DNA of 64,000 bases from Ophelia neglecta (GCA_965285935.1 OZ260665.1:14756001-14820000), one strand, 5' to 3'; numbered from the stretch's first letter, positions 1 to 13,368 are shown. Numbers and translations: made by a program. The notes: generated by a model not told the origin, from the letters alone.

Positions 1-2342
1 GTAACTATTAATTGTGAAATCAACTTCATTTATTTGGACACATTTCAACTCATTGAGGTATTTCTTTTATGCACTGCATGCTATCTTTGAAAGCTGTATT
101 CTGCCAGTTTAATACCAGACTGTCATTACCGCCTCTTATCATAAGAATATAGCCTTAAAAATATTCCAATAAAGGTTCGTTTTTAGACAATGCCAAAATA
201 TAATACACTTATGTTATATGTTATAAATTGCCTATGAGGTCGATATATACGGTCACCCTAACTTTGGTTTTATAGTATATATGGTTCTCCTTATGATGGT
301 TAATAGGATATTTTTATATGTTTATGTTCACTTAAAGATTAATTTATGTGCATATAATACGCTGCAAGATATATAGAATGATATGATATGCGATTCAAAG
401 TTTTATTTAGTTTAAACTTTTTTTTTTTTTTTTTTTTTGCTCAGTTTTCCCAATAGCTGAAAGCTAATCGGCGTGGATTCCCATTCTGAGGGGTTGTACT
501 TATATAGGTTCATGCATTTTACAATAATAACAATTCTGTAGTATCAGTGGAATATTACAACAAATAACTAACGCTTGGTATATATGGCCCCCCTGAAGCT
601 GGTTTAAAACTATCTATGGTCCCCCTAACTCTGGTTTTAAAATATATATGGTCATCCTAATTCTGGTTTTGAAGTATTTTTTTATATATATTTATGTTCA
701 TTAAAGGCTGAATTCATGTGTTTATATTACGCTGAAAGATGCATAGACAGCTTTATTCTGCACAAGCTGCAATTTACAGGTAACATATGTAGGCAATTCG
801 GTTCCTTGGTATTGTCTAGGCTGGACAATTATAACAGCCTACTTACCGAATTGCCTACATATGTTACCAGGCAATTGCCAACAATCCCGTCTAACGTCTT
901 GCTGCATCATTAGTCAGATACTGCCCTATTTGGAAGAATTTCCTCGAGTGGTAGTTAGTGGTTCATACGACCTTATCCACATGTTCCCAAACATTTGTGA
1001 AAACAGCGTCGTAAATGTTTCCAATGTTTTTGACTGAACGAATCGATATCTATGCATTAACGATAATGCAACCCACCCATTCACTTTATAATAGCCCCAG
1101 AATCATTCATGCCATCCATGACTTTCTAATTGTAGATATCAGCATTTGAATCCCAATTGGTTGTGCGTACCTTTCCGAGTATTATTAGCACATAAATTCA
1201 GCTTCAAGCGAATATGAATATCTAAAATAAACTATAAACCAGCATTAGGGGGACCATATTTACTTTAAAACCAAAGTTAGGGGGACCATGTTTGTTTTGA
1301 AACCAGCATTGGAGAACCCTATATATCGACCCAATAAGCAAAACATAATATATAAAGTTAGGTTTATTATTATATTTGGAAATTCTTTGAAAACGAATCT
1401 TTCTTATAACACTTAAACACATAGCACATAAATTCAGCTTTAAGTGGACTTGATAGAAAGATAATACTAAAAAAACGGAATTAGTGGGACCATATAGTTT
1501 AAAACAGCCTAAGGGGGACCATATATATAAGGCGAGAAAATTTTCTTGTAATATTGCACTTAAATTAAAGGTTTGTAATTATCGTAAAATGTACGAATTT
1601 ATATCAAACAACCCTTTCAGACTGGAGATCCTCGTCGATTAGCTTATAGCTATTAGGGAAACCAAACACAAATAAACAAGAATAAACTTAAAAATTATCG
1701 CACATCATTTTATTGTACTTGCAGACCATAATAAGCACATAAATTCAGTTTTAAGCGAAGATAAATACATTAAAATACTGTAAACCTGCATTAGGGGACC
1801 ATAAAAGTTTTAAAACCAGCATTAGGGGGACAATTAAAGTTTTAAAAACAGCATTAGGGGACCACAAATATCGACCGACCCCATGGGCAAAATATAATAT
1901 GTAAATTAAATTTAATTATTATATTTGGGAATCGTTTAAAAATTATTGCACTCATTCTACAAGATAGATAATAGTGTAAAATGTACGTATTTATATTGTA
2001 TCACCCTTCCAGACTGGGAAACCTCGTCGATTTGCTTATCGGGGAAATCCAGCTTAAATAAATAAGTGTAAACTAAATAAATCTGTCAATCGCACATCAT
2101 CTTACTGTACTTATTTTTTAATAGTATTAACGCATAATTTGGCTTTAATTGTTAGAAAACGTTTCTTTATTTGAATATATGTCAAAGCTATCTTAATTTG
2201 GTAAAAGGCAGCAGTGATAGTCTGGTAGTGAACTGGCAGTATGCCGCATTTAAAATATAGCATTTAATGCCTGTTATTAGGACTTCAAGGGGTTGAAACG
2301 TGTCCAAATTTTTGAAGTAAATTTGACAATCAAAAGTCATAA
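1..2342. mobile_element. Diverged foldback / large inverted-repeat element with modular internal repeats (may extend left of the window)
   Basis: 1-190 aligns by eye to the reverse complement of ~2150-2340 (e.g. TTTGGACACATTTCAAC vs GTTGAAACGTGTCCAAA; CTGCCAGTT..TACCAGACT vs AGTCTGGTAGTGAACTGGCAG). ~30-bp units GGTCCCCCTAACTCTGGTTTTAAAA occur in + orientation at 250-310 and 585-670, and in reverse orientation (AAAACCAGCATTAGGGGGACC) at 1235-1325 and 1780-1865. Confidence 0.6.
779..868. repeat. Perfect 24-bp inverted repeat with 42-bp spacer
   Basis: GGTAACATATGTAGGCAATTCGGT (779-802) and ACCGAATTGCCTACATATGTTACC (845-868). Confidence 0.9.
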
Positions 2343-2999
2343 TTCGTGAATCTGGTAGGCCTAGTGACTGATTACCCTGGTCTCAATCACTCTTACTGAC
2401 ATGACGCAAATGTCGAATATCCTAACATGATGATTGCTGTGCTCTACGCACCTCAACTTGCTCCACATCTGTAGAAAGTTATTTGCTCCACTCGCTCCTT
2501 TTAACAGTATCCAAAAGCATTGGCTTTAAATTTCTGCTTTCCACCGATGATTTAGGCCATACACAGGCTTGATGACTGGCAACGTTTTTATGCAAAGGGG
2601 ACCCGTCGTTATTTATGTTGTGAATATAAGTAGTATAATATACCTCATCAACACCAACCATGGGTGCCATTTTTTAACTTTTTTTGTTTATTTAGTTATG
2701 ATGCTCAAAATAAATGAAAATTTAACTTGAAGATAACAAAACATTATTATAAAATAATCTCACGGATATATAGGAGAATTTCACGTCTAGGAAGGCTTTT
2801 AATCGGGCGCCCTAAATATGGTTTTAAAGTTTTGACATTTATATAAATCATTTTACAGCCTAATTCAGATTTGTCCTAACGTGCTTTAAATATCCTTTCA
2901 AGTGCTGGGATTGCAATTATGTGACAATGGAAACGACCTTTCAATGATGAAAACACCAAATTACATTAGCAGGGTAAAACTGGAAGACCAGTCCTTGCT

Positions 3000-3038
3000 A
3001 AATTTTAAGGAGACCACTTTTCGGTCTCCTTAAAATTT
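3000..3038. repeat. Perfect 16-bp hairpin, 7-nt loop
   Basis: AAATTTTAAGGAGACC-acttttc-GGTCTCCTTAAAATTT, followed by a further GGTCTCCTT. Confidence 0.9.
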
Positions 3039-3095
3039 CGGTCTCCTTGATAATGGTTTCTAAGGATAAACGGTCCGCCTAATTGGTAAAGAAGG

Positions 3096-3130
<35 letters not shown>
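3096..3130. repeat. (TA)n microsatellite at the left edge of the duplicated block
   Basis: TATATA run directly precedes TGACACAATCAAACTCTCAGGTGGCACGCC. The same arrangement recurs at ~63937-64000 and, shortened by a deletion, at ~32121. Confidence 0.9.
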
Positions 3131-3529
3131 TGACACAATCAAACTCTCAGGTGGCACGCCATATTCCAGCATTTTCATTACGACACATTGAAATTATTTC
3201 CGTTCCTAACTTAAGGAGTCATGCTTGAGAGAGGAGAAATGTCCATCCCACATATAAATCTACTAAATCTGTGCGTCTTGTACTTACCCGCTTTTCAAAA
3301 CATCCACCAATAGGACTAAATGCTTGTGACTCGTGCACCTTGTTTTTTAACACGTTGCATCAGATAGCTGTGCTTTACGTTAGAGACTGCATATTCATTT
3401 AAAGCAACCACCTACGGGACTGTATGCTTGTGACTTGTGCACCGCTGCATTGGATAGCTGTGCTTTATGTGTGATGCGATGGCAGCATGCCAATTTCTGT
3501 GCTTAGTTGTCCGATAAGTTTAGGATAAA

Positions 3530-4025
3530 ATGGATACTTGTTGCGCATACAATTTTATTTACATATCAGACCAGAATACCGGGCCTAGTATCCATCAATT
3601 TCCAAAAGATGGCAAAACTTCGGAAATTATAGGAAAAGCAGGTTAATTGGACTACTCTACCGAAGAAACCTGCGCTGTGTTCCACGTATTTTGAGCGTGC
3701 GTGTTTCGCGAGGACGGTAAAATCGTGTGTGCCTGCTGTTCCCTCTCTGTATGGGCTGTTTAGTAAACCGGACAGTCGTACGGAACGCCGACGAAGGCGT
3801 GGTGGTGTACCGTGTTCTCCGGCCGTGATATTGCTTAGCCCGAGCATTTGGGCGACAGACGACTGGGGACGGTTAAGATCCGAAACCCGTCCTGATGGTT
3901 CTTGCAGGTTTGCAAGGTTCCCCAGAATGACTTCGCTTCCTTTTGGAGAATTTCGTTGGTCTTCCTTTTCCAGACAGCATCAGATTATGTTAAAAAATTA
4001 CGTCCACAAATTTGTGGGGGAGTAG
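3530..4025 (+). pseudogene. Decayed THAP (C2CH) zinc-finger domain ORF
   Basis: ATG 3530 reads MDTCCAYN..GPSIHQFPKD, then after a frameshift KLRKL*EKQVNW..PKKPALCSTYFERACF..VPAVPSLY. This matches the THAP pattern (C..FP.D..R..W..LCS.HF..AVP). The conserved W is TAG and the zinc-ligand H is TAT. Confidence 0.8.
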
Positions 4026-4369
4026 GCGACGAGAACAATGAAACATACTGCCATTCCCAATGAATATTGATTAGCTCTGTCGGGGTAACTTACTATCAAA
4101 TGAATTTTCTTAATGATCCAATAGACTCTCGTTTTTTTTTTTTGTAATTTTCCTTCATGTAAAGGAGTAAGCGCAAAATGTAGGGAGTTAGTCAGAACTA
4201 TACATTTATTGTGTGTGGGTCTTATGTATCAGACGTTATAGCTTTTGAATACAATTTAAGATGCCCACTCGAATGACCCTATTTAAATACCCCTACGTAA
4301 GGTGGTGACATATCTATCGGTGAGGGATGAAATATATATACCCTCCAGGCTCCTTCTTTAAGAAGGTCC

Positions 4370-4905
4370 CTTCCTTTGCGAAAAGAAAATACGAAACTAC
4401 TAGGCAGTCAATAATGCATGTGTAAACAATATATCTTCATTGCAACACCGACAACAGAGATGACAGTGGTAATCTGATGCACTACAGGTATGCTGCCTTG
4501 TCATCAAACCCTAGGGTACAAATCTGACTACCTACACGTGTTTTGTAGCCGACAAAGACCGGTTAAGGTTTGCTGGAGAAAGAAACCTCCAGCTGCTTCT
4601 GCCAAATGGCCGCCACGGCTCGTCGGCTGACGTTTCCCATATCAATATATTTGAAGGAATATTAAAAAAGGCCAATTGCAAGGTTAAAGTGCGAATTCGA
4701 ACATTTGTCTGACAGTGTCACGAAAAAAAAAATACAACAAATATGTAACAAATTCAGATAAAAGGACAATACAAAGTTACTGATAAGGCATTGTCCGCTA
4801 ACTAGGTCCGCATTCGTCAGCAATCATTTGCTGCATCCCACAACTTGGCGTCTACTACGGACTTCTGTTGACATGTTCTTATTGGAAGTCATTTTCAATT
4901 CAAGT
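4370..4905 (+). repeat. Unclassified interspersed repeat (diverged paralog at 28200-28875)
   Basis: CCTTTGCGAAAAGAAAA..CACCGACAACAGAG..GACAGTGGTAATCTGAT..CCTAGGGTACAAA..CCTCCAGCTGCTTCTGC..GGTCCGCATT..ATTGGAAGT is shared colinearly with 28200-28875. Unit 2 copy at ~33372-33905. Confidence 0.8.
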
Positions 4906-5540
4906 AAATAAATCCGAGTTTATTTTTCATCTTTTATAATAGTCCCATTGAACTTCCGTACTATTTTCTGTTGCAACCGTAAAAAGATAAATCATGTGAA
5001 TTGCATGTTAAAAGGGACAAAACCATCTAAGTATAATTTTGTGCCAAAGCACTGGACCACTAGTTCTAATGTGCTATGGCGAAATACCTGGGTCAAATCT
5101 AACCAAATTATTGTGCGTTATTACCTTCAATTGTCCATGTACTTGTCCAGGTGTATTTGAATTTGTATCATATATATTCAACGTTTAGATCAGACAATAT
5201 TTAAATGGCAGCATGCTAGCTTTAATGTGAGAAAGAATTCCGAAATAATTTTCCTTCGTGTTGAAATCATACACTGAACAGTATCGTCTCTTTGCTTATG
5301 CCTGTTATATCTTCTTTTCTCTGAACTTTTCTTCAAATACATCCCATAAAGGATAAATGTACCATTTATGATTACCAATTAGACCAATCAGACATATTAT
5401 ATGCATAAAATGCATGAACTATCAAGATTATTAGTAGTGTCCTTACACAAAGCTGCTCCTTGGACAATTGTCCTTTGCACTGGTTTCAAATGATCAGGGC
5501 CGTCACGCATTCCCGAATTCGTGAACTTTTCACTCCCTAA

Positions 5541-6728
5541 TGCTACAGTCACACGGCCACTTACGGAAGCTTCGGATGCTTACGGATAAAAATCCGTAAA
5601 AATCCGTATACATCCGCAAGGATCCGTATCATCCGTAAGCATCCGTATTTATCCGTAACCCATTGCGCAGTATCCGCAAACATACGCAGATCCGCAGCAG
5701 GAATTTTGACAATCTCAAAACTATGGTGCGGATGAAATATACGTAAGCATCCGCAGAATATACGTTAGCCATGCGTAAAATACGTTAGCCATACGTAAAA
5801 TACGTAACCCATACGTAAGATACGTAAAGTCATCCGCAGGATACGTAAGATACGTAACTGATCCGCATCACTATCTTCATGGGAATCTGAAGAGAAACAG
5901 ATGACAACGTTTTAAACAAAATTGTATAAAGCAGCAAGTATTAACCTGGAAGTGATATTATTCATTATAACCTGAAACATAGTGAAAATGTGACAAATAA
6001 TAAATGCTGCCATCGACCTGGGAATATGAGACCCACCCCCATCCCCCGGCCAAACCCCAAAAAAATCCCCACCCTCCAGTCCAACCCCAAAAAGTTTTAA
6101 TTTGTAGGATTATTTGACAATTTTAAGAGCCAAGCAAAGCTGAGAAAAGTTTAAATCCATTGCACTCATTTAACTCCAAAAATCACCATTTTCAAATAGG
6201 CACTTATTGGCACAAAAAAGTGGCACTAACGAAGAAGAGATGTTTTTTTTACTTCTACGCTTTCTCTTGTCCCTTGCCTTGCCATTTTGTCCACGTCCCT
6301 TGCCACGGCCATCTTTGGGGGATGGAGGTACATGATGACATGCGACTGAAGTAAGCTCCGATCCGCGTCGGTTTATATGCGGATGGTGCGGAAGCCAGTG
6401 GAAGCCGACGTGCGCAGACACAAGCGTGACTCATCTGTATCGTCCGTAAGTCATCCGTAAAATCCGTAAGTCATCCGTAAAATCCGTAAGTCATCCGTAA
6501 GTCGTCCGTGACATGTGTCAGCGGGTTGACAGCGGATGGGCTCATCCGCAGGTTTTACCCGTAATATCCGTAAGTCATACGTAACATACGCAACTAATCC
6601 GTACCGTCCGCAGATTATAGGTAACTTTTGCTCAAACTTCCGTTATTTGAGGTAAAAATTACGCATTTTCATTATCTAAATATACGCATGCATCCGCAGG
6701 TCCGTAACATGGCCGTGTGACTGTAGCA
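5541..6728. mobile_element. Non-autonomous TIR element (MITE), PIF/Harbinger-like
   Basis: 19-bp TIR TGCTACAGTCACACGGCCA...TGGCCGTGTGACTGTAGCA, 3-bp TSD TAA/TAA, and dense subterminal AT(C/A)CG(T/C)A motifs. The TWA TSD is typical of PIF/Harbinger. Confidence 0.85.
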
Positions 6729-9259
6729 TAATAGATAATTTATCTCTAAGTAATCTTTAGGCAGCGCGCCCTACATTCCTAGCCGTTCACGTGCACTAGT
6801 GGACCGCGAAGTGATACAATACTAACGACCTCCTTTCTCAGATAATGATGTGCGACAAAGGTAATAATCAGAACCGATGACAATATTAGCATGGAAGTTG
6901 ATGGAATAAATTATATGTGCTGCGAGCAACTAAAGAAATTGTGTACGAAATCAACAATAGCACGAAAATAATGTTAGAAGTTTTAGAATTATTTTATAAT
7001 TCCCTCGCGTACGTGGCGCGTACTGAGAAGGGTGGACTAAATACATTACTATTAATTTTACTGTTTTCAATCAGTATTATGTAAATTATCAGTTTTGTAT
7101 AAAAAAGAGGAAAACGTTATGTGATGAAAAACTTCATTAGGAAAAATTATTTCTGTTACCATACTATGTTCCCGCATCCAGTACTTGCACCATCCAGAGA
7201 AATATTGTTTGTGTTTTCTCTTTTTCAATTCTTGTATTTCTGACTTTAAACCCCAGTGGTAGTGTATCCCTGAGTAATTTGAACTAAGCTGCTGCTATAT
7301 TGTGAGCCACGCCTTATACAAGACAACAACATACGTATATAGGAATGGCTATTGATAATGCACAGTATATTCCAGTCAATTTTAGGCCATTTCAACTACA
7401 ATATTTTTTTTATTCGCTACAGTTCATTGCACTTTTTCATGCGCTGTGGGATTGGACTTCATAGTAATTTGAAGGCAATGTATAGTGATATGTATAATGG
7501 CATGAACCGTTTTCTAGGGAGAAGGCAAAGGTGGAATTAAATGGAGTTTACTCTCCACTGGGCTTAGCTCCTAATTGTCCTAATTGTTGCTTCTTAATGT
7601 AAACACTCCACTAGATAGATTGTTTAGTGGGTTTATCAATACGTGGAATATACCGAGACTAAAATCAATGTGAGATATTGCCCTGTTGATGACATGTCAA
7701 AGTGTTTACCTGCAACTCGTATATGGTATAGTATCAAGCCTGCTACTTGGTAGAATTCTCAGCCGCAGAGGTTATTTGGGTATTCTAGATAGTAAATGTA
7801 TTCTCTAATATAAGATTCTTACTTTAACAATGATTAGCTTGTTTCGTGGACATACTTCTAGTGACTTTGACATAAGATCCTTGACGAAGGAAGACACACA
7901 GAAAGAGAAAATATTGTCATTTACACAAGGTAACGTCATAGGGATGACTAAGCATTCATTTGAAATAATGTGGGATTGTACGTCAGGTACAGTGGCGTGT
8001 CCAGGAAATAAATAACTTATAAATAGTGATCCGGTAAACTGGTTACATCCGAAAATGGTTAAGCATTCTAAATTGCAAATGTTGGCCATATGTTTAACTA
8101 CCCCAGCTCTAAATCGCTCAGAGCCGCATTAGGTGCACACACAATATATGCGAACAAATCAGGTTTGACAAAAAATAGTTTATTCCTAGACAATATGCCA
8201 GGAACCTTTTCAATGGAGAATAGAATAGACTATTCTCCTGAAAATGATCATAGACGTCTTCTTATGACAAAGAGAAAGTGCTTATAGGAGGGCACTATGG
8301 GAGGCAATTAACTGAGGCATGCAGGCCAGGCACGATATGTTCCAAACGACCGTCCAGTCAAGCACACTTACTTTTATTTCCAACCCGCGAAGTTCAGAAG
8401 TTACGAACTGCACGAGGTAAGCAGCAGCACTATGGACCCAAGACGCGAAAGATAAGTCGATAGGGGTTTGATATTTCTATGAAAACCGTCCCCAATTTAA
8501 TCTTAAATTGTAAACTTAAATTGTACATATGGCTATTTATCATCTAATTATAATTATGGCACAATTCATGAACTTAAGTGCTTTGCTTTGGAACACACTA
8601 ACATGTTTTATTTTTATTTACAATAGTGTGTGAAAATAATTAGCTATACGCACATTATTCCAGGTGGAATCATTCCTGGATATTATTTGCCTCGAAAGAG
8701 TAAACTGTTGGTGCGCAAGACATTTTGTATTATATGCTTAATGCTGATTAAACATATATTTTAACATCATTCATCCCGCTTTAACATATGCCAATACCAT
8801 ATGCGTTACTCTTCACAGACTTAAATGCTTCTCATCGTCAAGTGTCCGAACACTATGAATAACACGGGCAGCAGCTGGGCAAGTAGTTGAGCTTTGTACA
8901 TAGTCGTTTAAATATTCAGACTCCACAGCTTTCGCCTATATAGGCCTATAGCCGAGGGGCGGCATGGGGGGGAGGGGGTTAGAGGGCCTTCCCTATGGCA
9001 AGGTTAATATACATTGGCGGCGGTATTGACCCTTTTTAAGCCAAAAGCTGTAGAGTTGTGCCCTCCATTTTTGGAATATAACATGATGTAGAGTTTTTAC
9101 CTCGTTTTGTGCAGAGATATAGCGCTTTGACCTTCCTTTCCTCTACCCATTGGAGGCGAACCATCACCAGGGCAGAGGTTGACGTCCGCTCCCTCCGTCG
9201 AGCTGGTTTTGACCCCAATAATTATAGTCTCAAAATACAATTATTTTTTCTCCTACCTG

Positions 9260-12200
9260 GTTACCGCCAATGTCTTATTATTGATAAAACCTGTTCAGAG
9301 TGGCCTGTGCCAGAGTGGTCTGTGCCTTCATTTTAATGGCATATTATAAGTTCAGCTAAAGGGTGGTGATGAGGCAAAAGCCACAGATGTCTAGCACGGT
9401 TGCTCAAGTTCGCATTCTCAAAGCGGCCACCAACGCATAGCACGACTTATCCAGACATTACAGAGAGAAGCTATCTCATTGGACTGGTTTTCATATGTGT
9501 TTCAGCGAAGCAAGCACTTTGAATGGTCTTCACAATGTCCTTCTCCACATGTCTTATCTAATGTACAGTTAATATGCCACTGGCAGTGATACAAGTACTG
9601 ATCTGCTTAGCTGCTGCCCTTAATATCAACAGCTGCTTGGCTCTAAGTATTCATGCCACTACTCTATTCAGGCGGTACCATGACGAGAAGTACCTGAAGT
9701 AGTACCGGGTCGTTATCAGGCTTACCACATGCCTGCATGACAAACATCTGGGATTTGCATTTAACCTCATTTTCATCCTCCGACAATGATTAGATGATTT
9801 CTGACTGATCTGTCCATTTGTCCTTACTGTGCCACAGAAACTCGGGTCCTCTAATCCAGCGCTCACTGCTGATAAGATCCTGGGCTGCCATGCCCCTGGA
9901 AACATCATCTGCACGGTTTAGCTCGCTCTCCTCGAACCTCCACTGAGATGGCTGTGAGGCCTGATGTGTAGTGGCAACACGGTTGGCCACAATGGTGTGG
10001 AAGCGTTTATCATGGTTCAAGATGTATTGCAGTAGGATAATGCTGTCTGTCCAAAAGTAGGACTCACCCATTGGAAAGTCCATTTGTTGCCGTAGATATT
10101 TGCTAGCCGACCAGACACATCGCCTGCTGCCTGCTCCAATAGTTGTAGCCTTCATAGCTACTAGTTTGACTTTAGACGTCAGGAGGCTACAGTGGATTTC
10201 ATTCTGAAAAGTGACCGTTCTAAGGTAGATCACAGACCCAAAACCACGCCCTGAAGCATCGGAGAAATGATGAAGTTCATACAAAACAACATGACCGGAA
10301 CTGGACGGCTTTACACAAGAAGGTAAGGAAAAGATCTCCAAAAGTGACACCGCCCTGAGCCACTGCTGCCACTAGTCGAGCTCAAGGCTTGACATTTCGT
10401 CATCCAAACCAAGTCTACACAGCTCATGTAGCAAAATATTTACCAACAGGATGAATGGACTTATGAAGCCTCAAGAGTTAAAAACTGAGCTGACCACAAT
10501 TAGCATCCCCCTACGTTTGTGTGTGGTTTGTCCTTCAAGGTGTTCCCTCACAGTCGTCCTGCGGTACTTACTCTGCAAACCCTTTGTCTATCAGCTCATG
10601 AGTACCAGATACATAGTTCTGTTTCGAAGCATGGTCCTTTTTTAACCACCTGCCCAACAGCCGTAACCTATGCTTTGTCATTGGCTTGTCATCGGGAAGA
10701 AATAGCGATGTAAATGGAATGTCCACACAGTAATGTCCATTCACCATCTTACATGAACTGTCATACACATCTGATACCTTGTGGTCATTGACAGAAAACC
10801 TATTGCCCTCAGCACCAGTGTTCACAAGTTGCCAAAGTCGTTCAACCTGAAGTTGCCGGTCATTGTCAGCACTTAGATAATAGGATGTCACATGTGAGGT
10901 TGTTGTGTTCCCTATTGGACCATTCAGTGCCCAGCCAAGCACAGATCTGGTCATGAATGGTTCTCCACTGGCGCCTTCTATCGTCTCTTTTGGTATCATA
11001 ACCTCAGGTACATCATGACCAATGAGAAGATGTACCCTGTTAGTGCCAACGACTGGCAAGTTAATATCACACAGGTGAGGCCATTTTGCAATGATCTCCA
11101 AGCTGACCAGTGTCAATTGAACTGTATTCTTCTTTTTCATTGTGGTCAATTACTCTCAAATTTCCTCAGAACAAAATGTGTGAGTAGAGCCAGAATCTAA
11201 CAATGCATTAACACTAACAAAACAACCATCTTGACCCCTGACCTTGATAGATACTACTGGTAGATACTACTGGGAGTGCCACCTTGACTGCACCGTCCCC
11301 AATCAGACTACGTGTGGCTTTGGTGTTATTTGTGCCCTCAAACTCAACATTATAGGTTTTTATACGTTAGTATTGAAATTACCATTACCTCTTGGTATGT
11401 GCAAACATTTGGTATGTTTCATACCACACCCTGGGACAGTACACGAGGTATTTTTTCACACTGGGGTGAGTAGAGTCCACCGATGCCAAACTTCTCATGT
11501 TGTTTAGTTCACCAAGGTTCCCAATTGTTTTCAAAGTTTCTACACATGTACACAGCTCATCGGTCATGTCCTGCAGTGATGACTTGTCATTTGGTTTTAT
11601 TGTAGAACGGCTTGTAATCTTCTAAATCCAAGCCTCTGCAACAGTGTACTCATTGACAACCACCCCGCGAAGCAGTCTTCTTGACTTTGCATAACATTCA
11701 GAAGCCTAACAAACACTACAGCATTGAATCACTCTCCAGTGCAATATTGCATTGTTCGGACCAACTTTGCACTGGCACTGATGGATTTCTTTTCCACAGT
11801 TGTCTCAAAAGCACAAATAAGTGACCAATACTTGATGGGGTCCCCGTCAAATGACATGAGTTCAGGCCTTGGTGGTTGTATTGCGTCCAATACTGCCTCA
11901 GTGAAGCAGTGTCACTATTTTCATAAGCACTGTTGTCAAGGTGGGGGCATACATCCCTTTTTGGTCACAAACGGATGTCTGAGGACAGGATGCATTGAAA
12001 CTGGCAACTAATCGATCCAAATATGAGTTATTCTTGGTGTCACAATTCTGCGGTTCAAGGGGAAACTTTAAACTGCATATTTGCTTGCTGCCGTTATGAG
12101 GGAGGCCTACTTGCTTGAACCTCTAAATGTCCTAAATTTTCATTAGTGTTTTTTGACATGAGTATGCATGTGTGATGATGGAGCTGCCCTACTGTATGCC

Positions 12201-13368
12201 ATTGTACATACATTTGATTTGGTATTCTTGGGATGTAAATTTATTGATGGTGCTTCAGTAGTGGACAGCCTGGGATATTTGGGGCTTTCATGAAAGAAAC
12301 ATCCTAACCCTTGGGTGGGACGTCTTCTGCTGTTTACATTTATGCGTTTTCTTGGGCTTGAGTCTTGGCTAGTTATACCTTTAACTCTAATTCCTCTCTT
12401 TCCTGTAGTAGCAAGGACTCTTCTTGTTCTCAAATCTGTCTCTCTTTAAATGAAGCCTGTTCTGCCTTAAGTGCTGCCCTCTGTGCAGCTAATCTAGCCC
12501 TAGTCCTTGACACTGGTGATTTCACAGATCTGGAACTACCTGTCCTAGAATGAGTCTTGGATTTCAATTCACTGTGAGAATCATTAAGACTGTGGTCTTC
12601 TGATTCCTCTATCCACTTCTGAATTCTATCTCGGAGATGATCTCTCACTGTTTTGACAAGACCCGTGGTAGTGGCTGACACCTTGTCAGCATCTGAGCCA
12701 CTCATGATTGATGTCAACAAACTGTCAAATTTATTCCACAGCCGTAGCTCCTTTGATGGACTAAATGTAAACTCCAAATATGTCTTTCTTAAAAAATGAC
12801 AGAATGCCCATGCCTTAGCTTTTACTCTTAAATTGGATAAGCAGGTTTTAACGTGTAATTGCACAGATTGTGCCTTCAAAATGATTTATGACTTCTGATC
12901 GAATATTTTGAATGGGTATTACCTACTACTTCTAGTGAGGAGGTAGTAACCATTACTTATATCGAGCGAATAGTTACTAGTACTTCTACTGAATGAATGT
13001 TAACCAAGAATTCCATTTTAGTTAGAAGCATCCATTGCTTTGATTGAGTGAGTAGTAACCATTGCTGGTATTAGATTAATAAAAAACAAATTGTATTAGT
13101 CTAAACGAAAATTATGATAATATTGATACAAGCAGTTTATGGTATCAGACAAGTGACTGTCTTCTTAACAGACTATAACCCTTGAAATTGTGACCTATTT
13201 TTGTCACAATAATATTGTCTTTTGAATTGAGGTTGTGTTAGACAGTTGAGATATGGCTCGTTTATCTAGAAAAGAAACTTGAGGCAGCTTGAGGGAAGCG
13301 AGGTGCAGTGAGGCAAGTGATTTTCCTAAGTACTATCGTTCACAAGTCCTAGAATCCAGGACTTAACA
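9260..13368 (-). mobile_element. Decayed BEL/Pao LTR retrotransposon (gag, protease, RNase H, start of integrase; RT largely deleted)
   Basis: Gag-like FDGDPIKYW..FE (DUF1759-type); protease-region LLIGHDVPE..RSVLGWALNGP; Pao RNase H HHFSDAS..FWTDS..NRADDVSRG..WIRGPEFL; VGGR..LLPHHHPLAELII integrase zinc-finger start. Many stops and frameshifts. Tentative LTR start TGTTAAG at 13368. Confidence 0.9.

Noticed and set aside
2479-2670. 63-aa minus-strand ORF (MAPMVGVDEVYY..)
   Set aside because: No recognisable motif or supported exon structure.
3566-3847. 93-aa minus-strand ORF, and many other short ORFs antisense to TE genes (e.g. 18914-19267, 19375-19899, 26513-26824)
   Set aside because: Shadow frames of the THAP relic or of TE coding regions.
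4950-5490. Possible very old LINE ORF2 3' end on the minus strand (HAFY, ITGISKETILFSV)
   Set aside because: Too degenerate to support without an alignment.
5560-6620. Short ATCCGTAAG-type repeats resembling a CRISPR array or satellite
   Set aside because: No constant repeat with unique spacers, no cas genes, eukaryotic context; these are MITE subterminal motifs.
12997-13368. Exact BEL 5' LTR and PBS boundaries
   Set aside because: TGTTAA...TTAACA ends are plausible, but there is no second LTR or TSD to confirm them.
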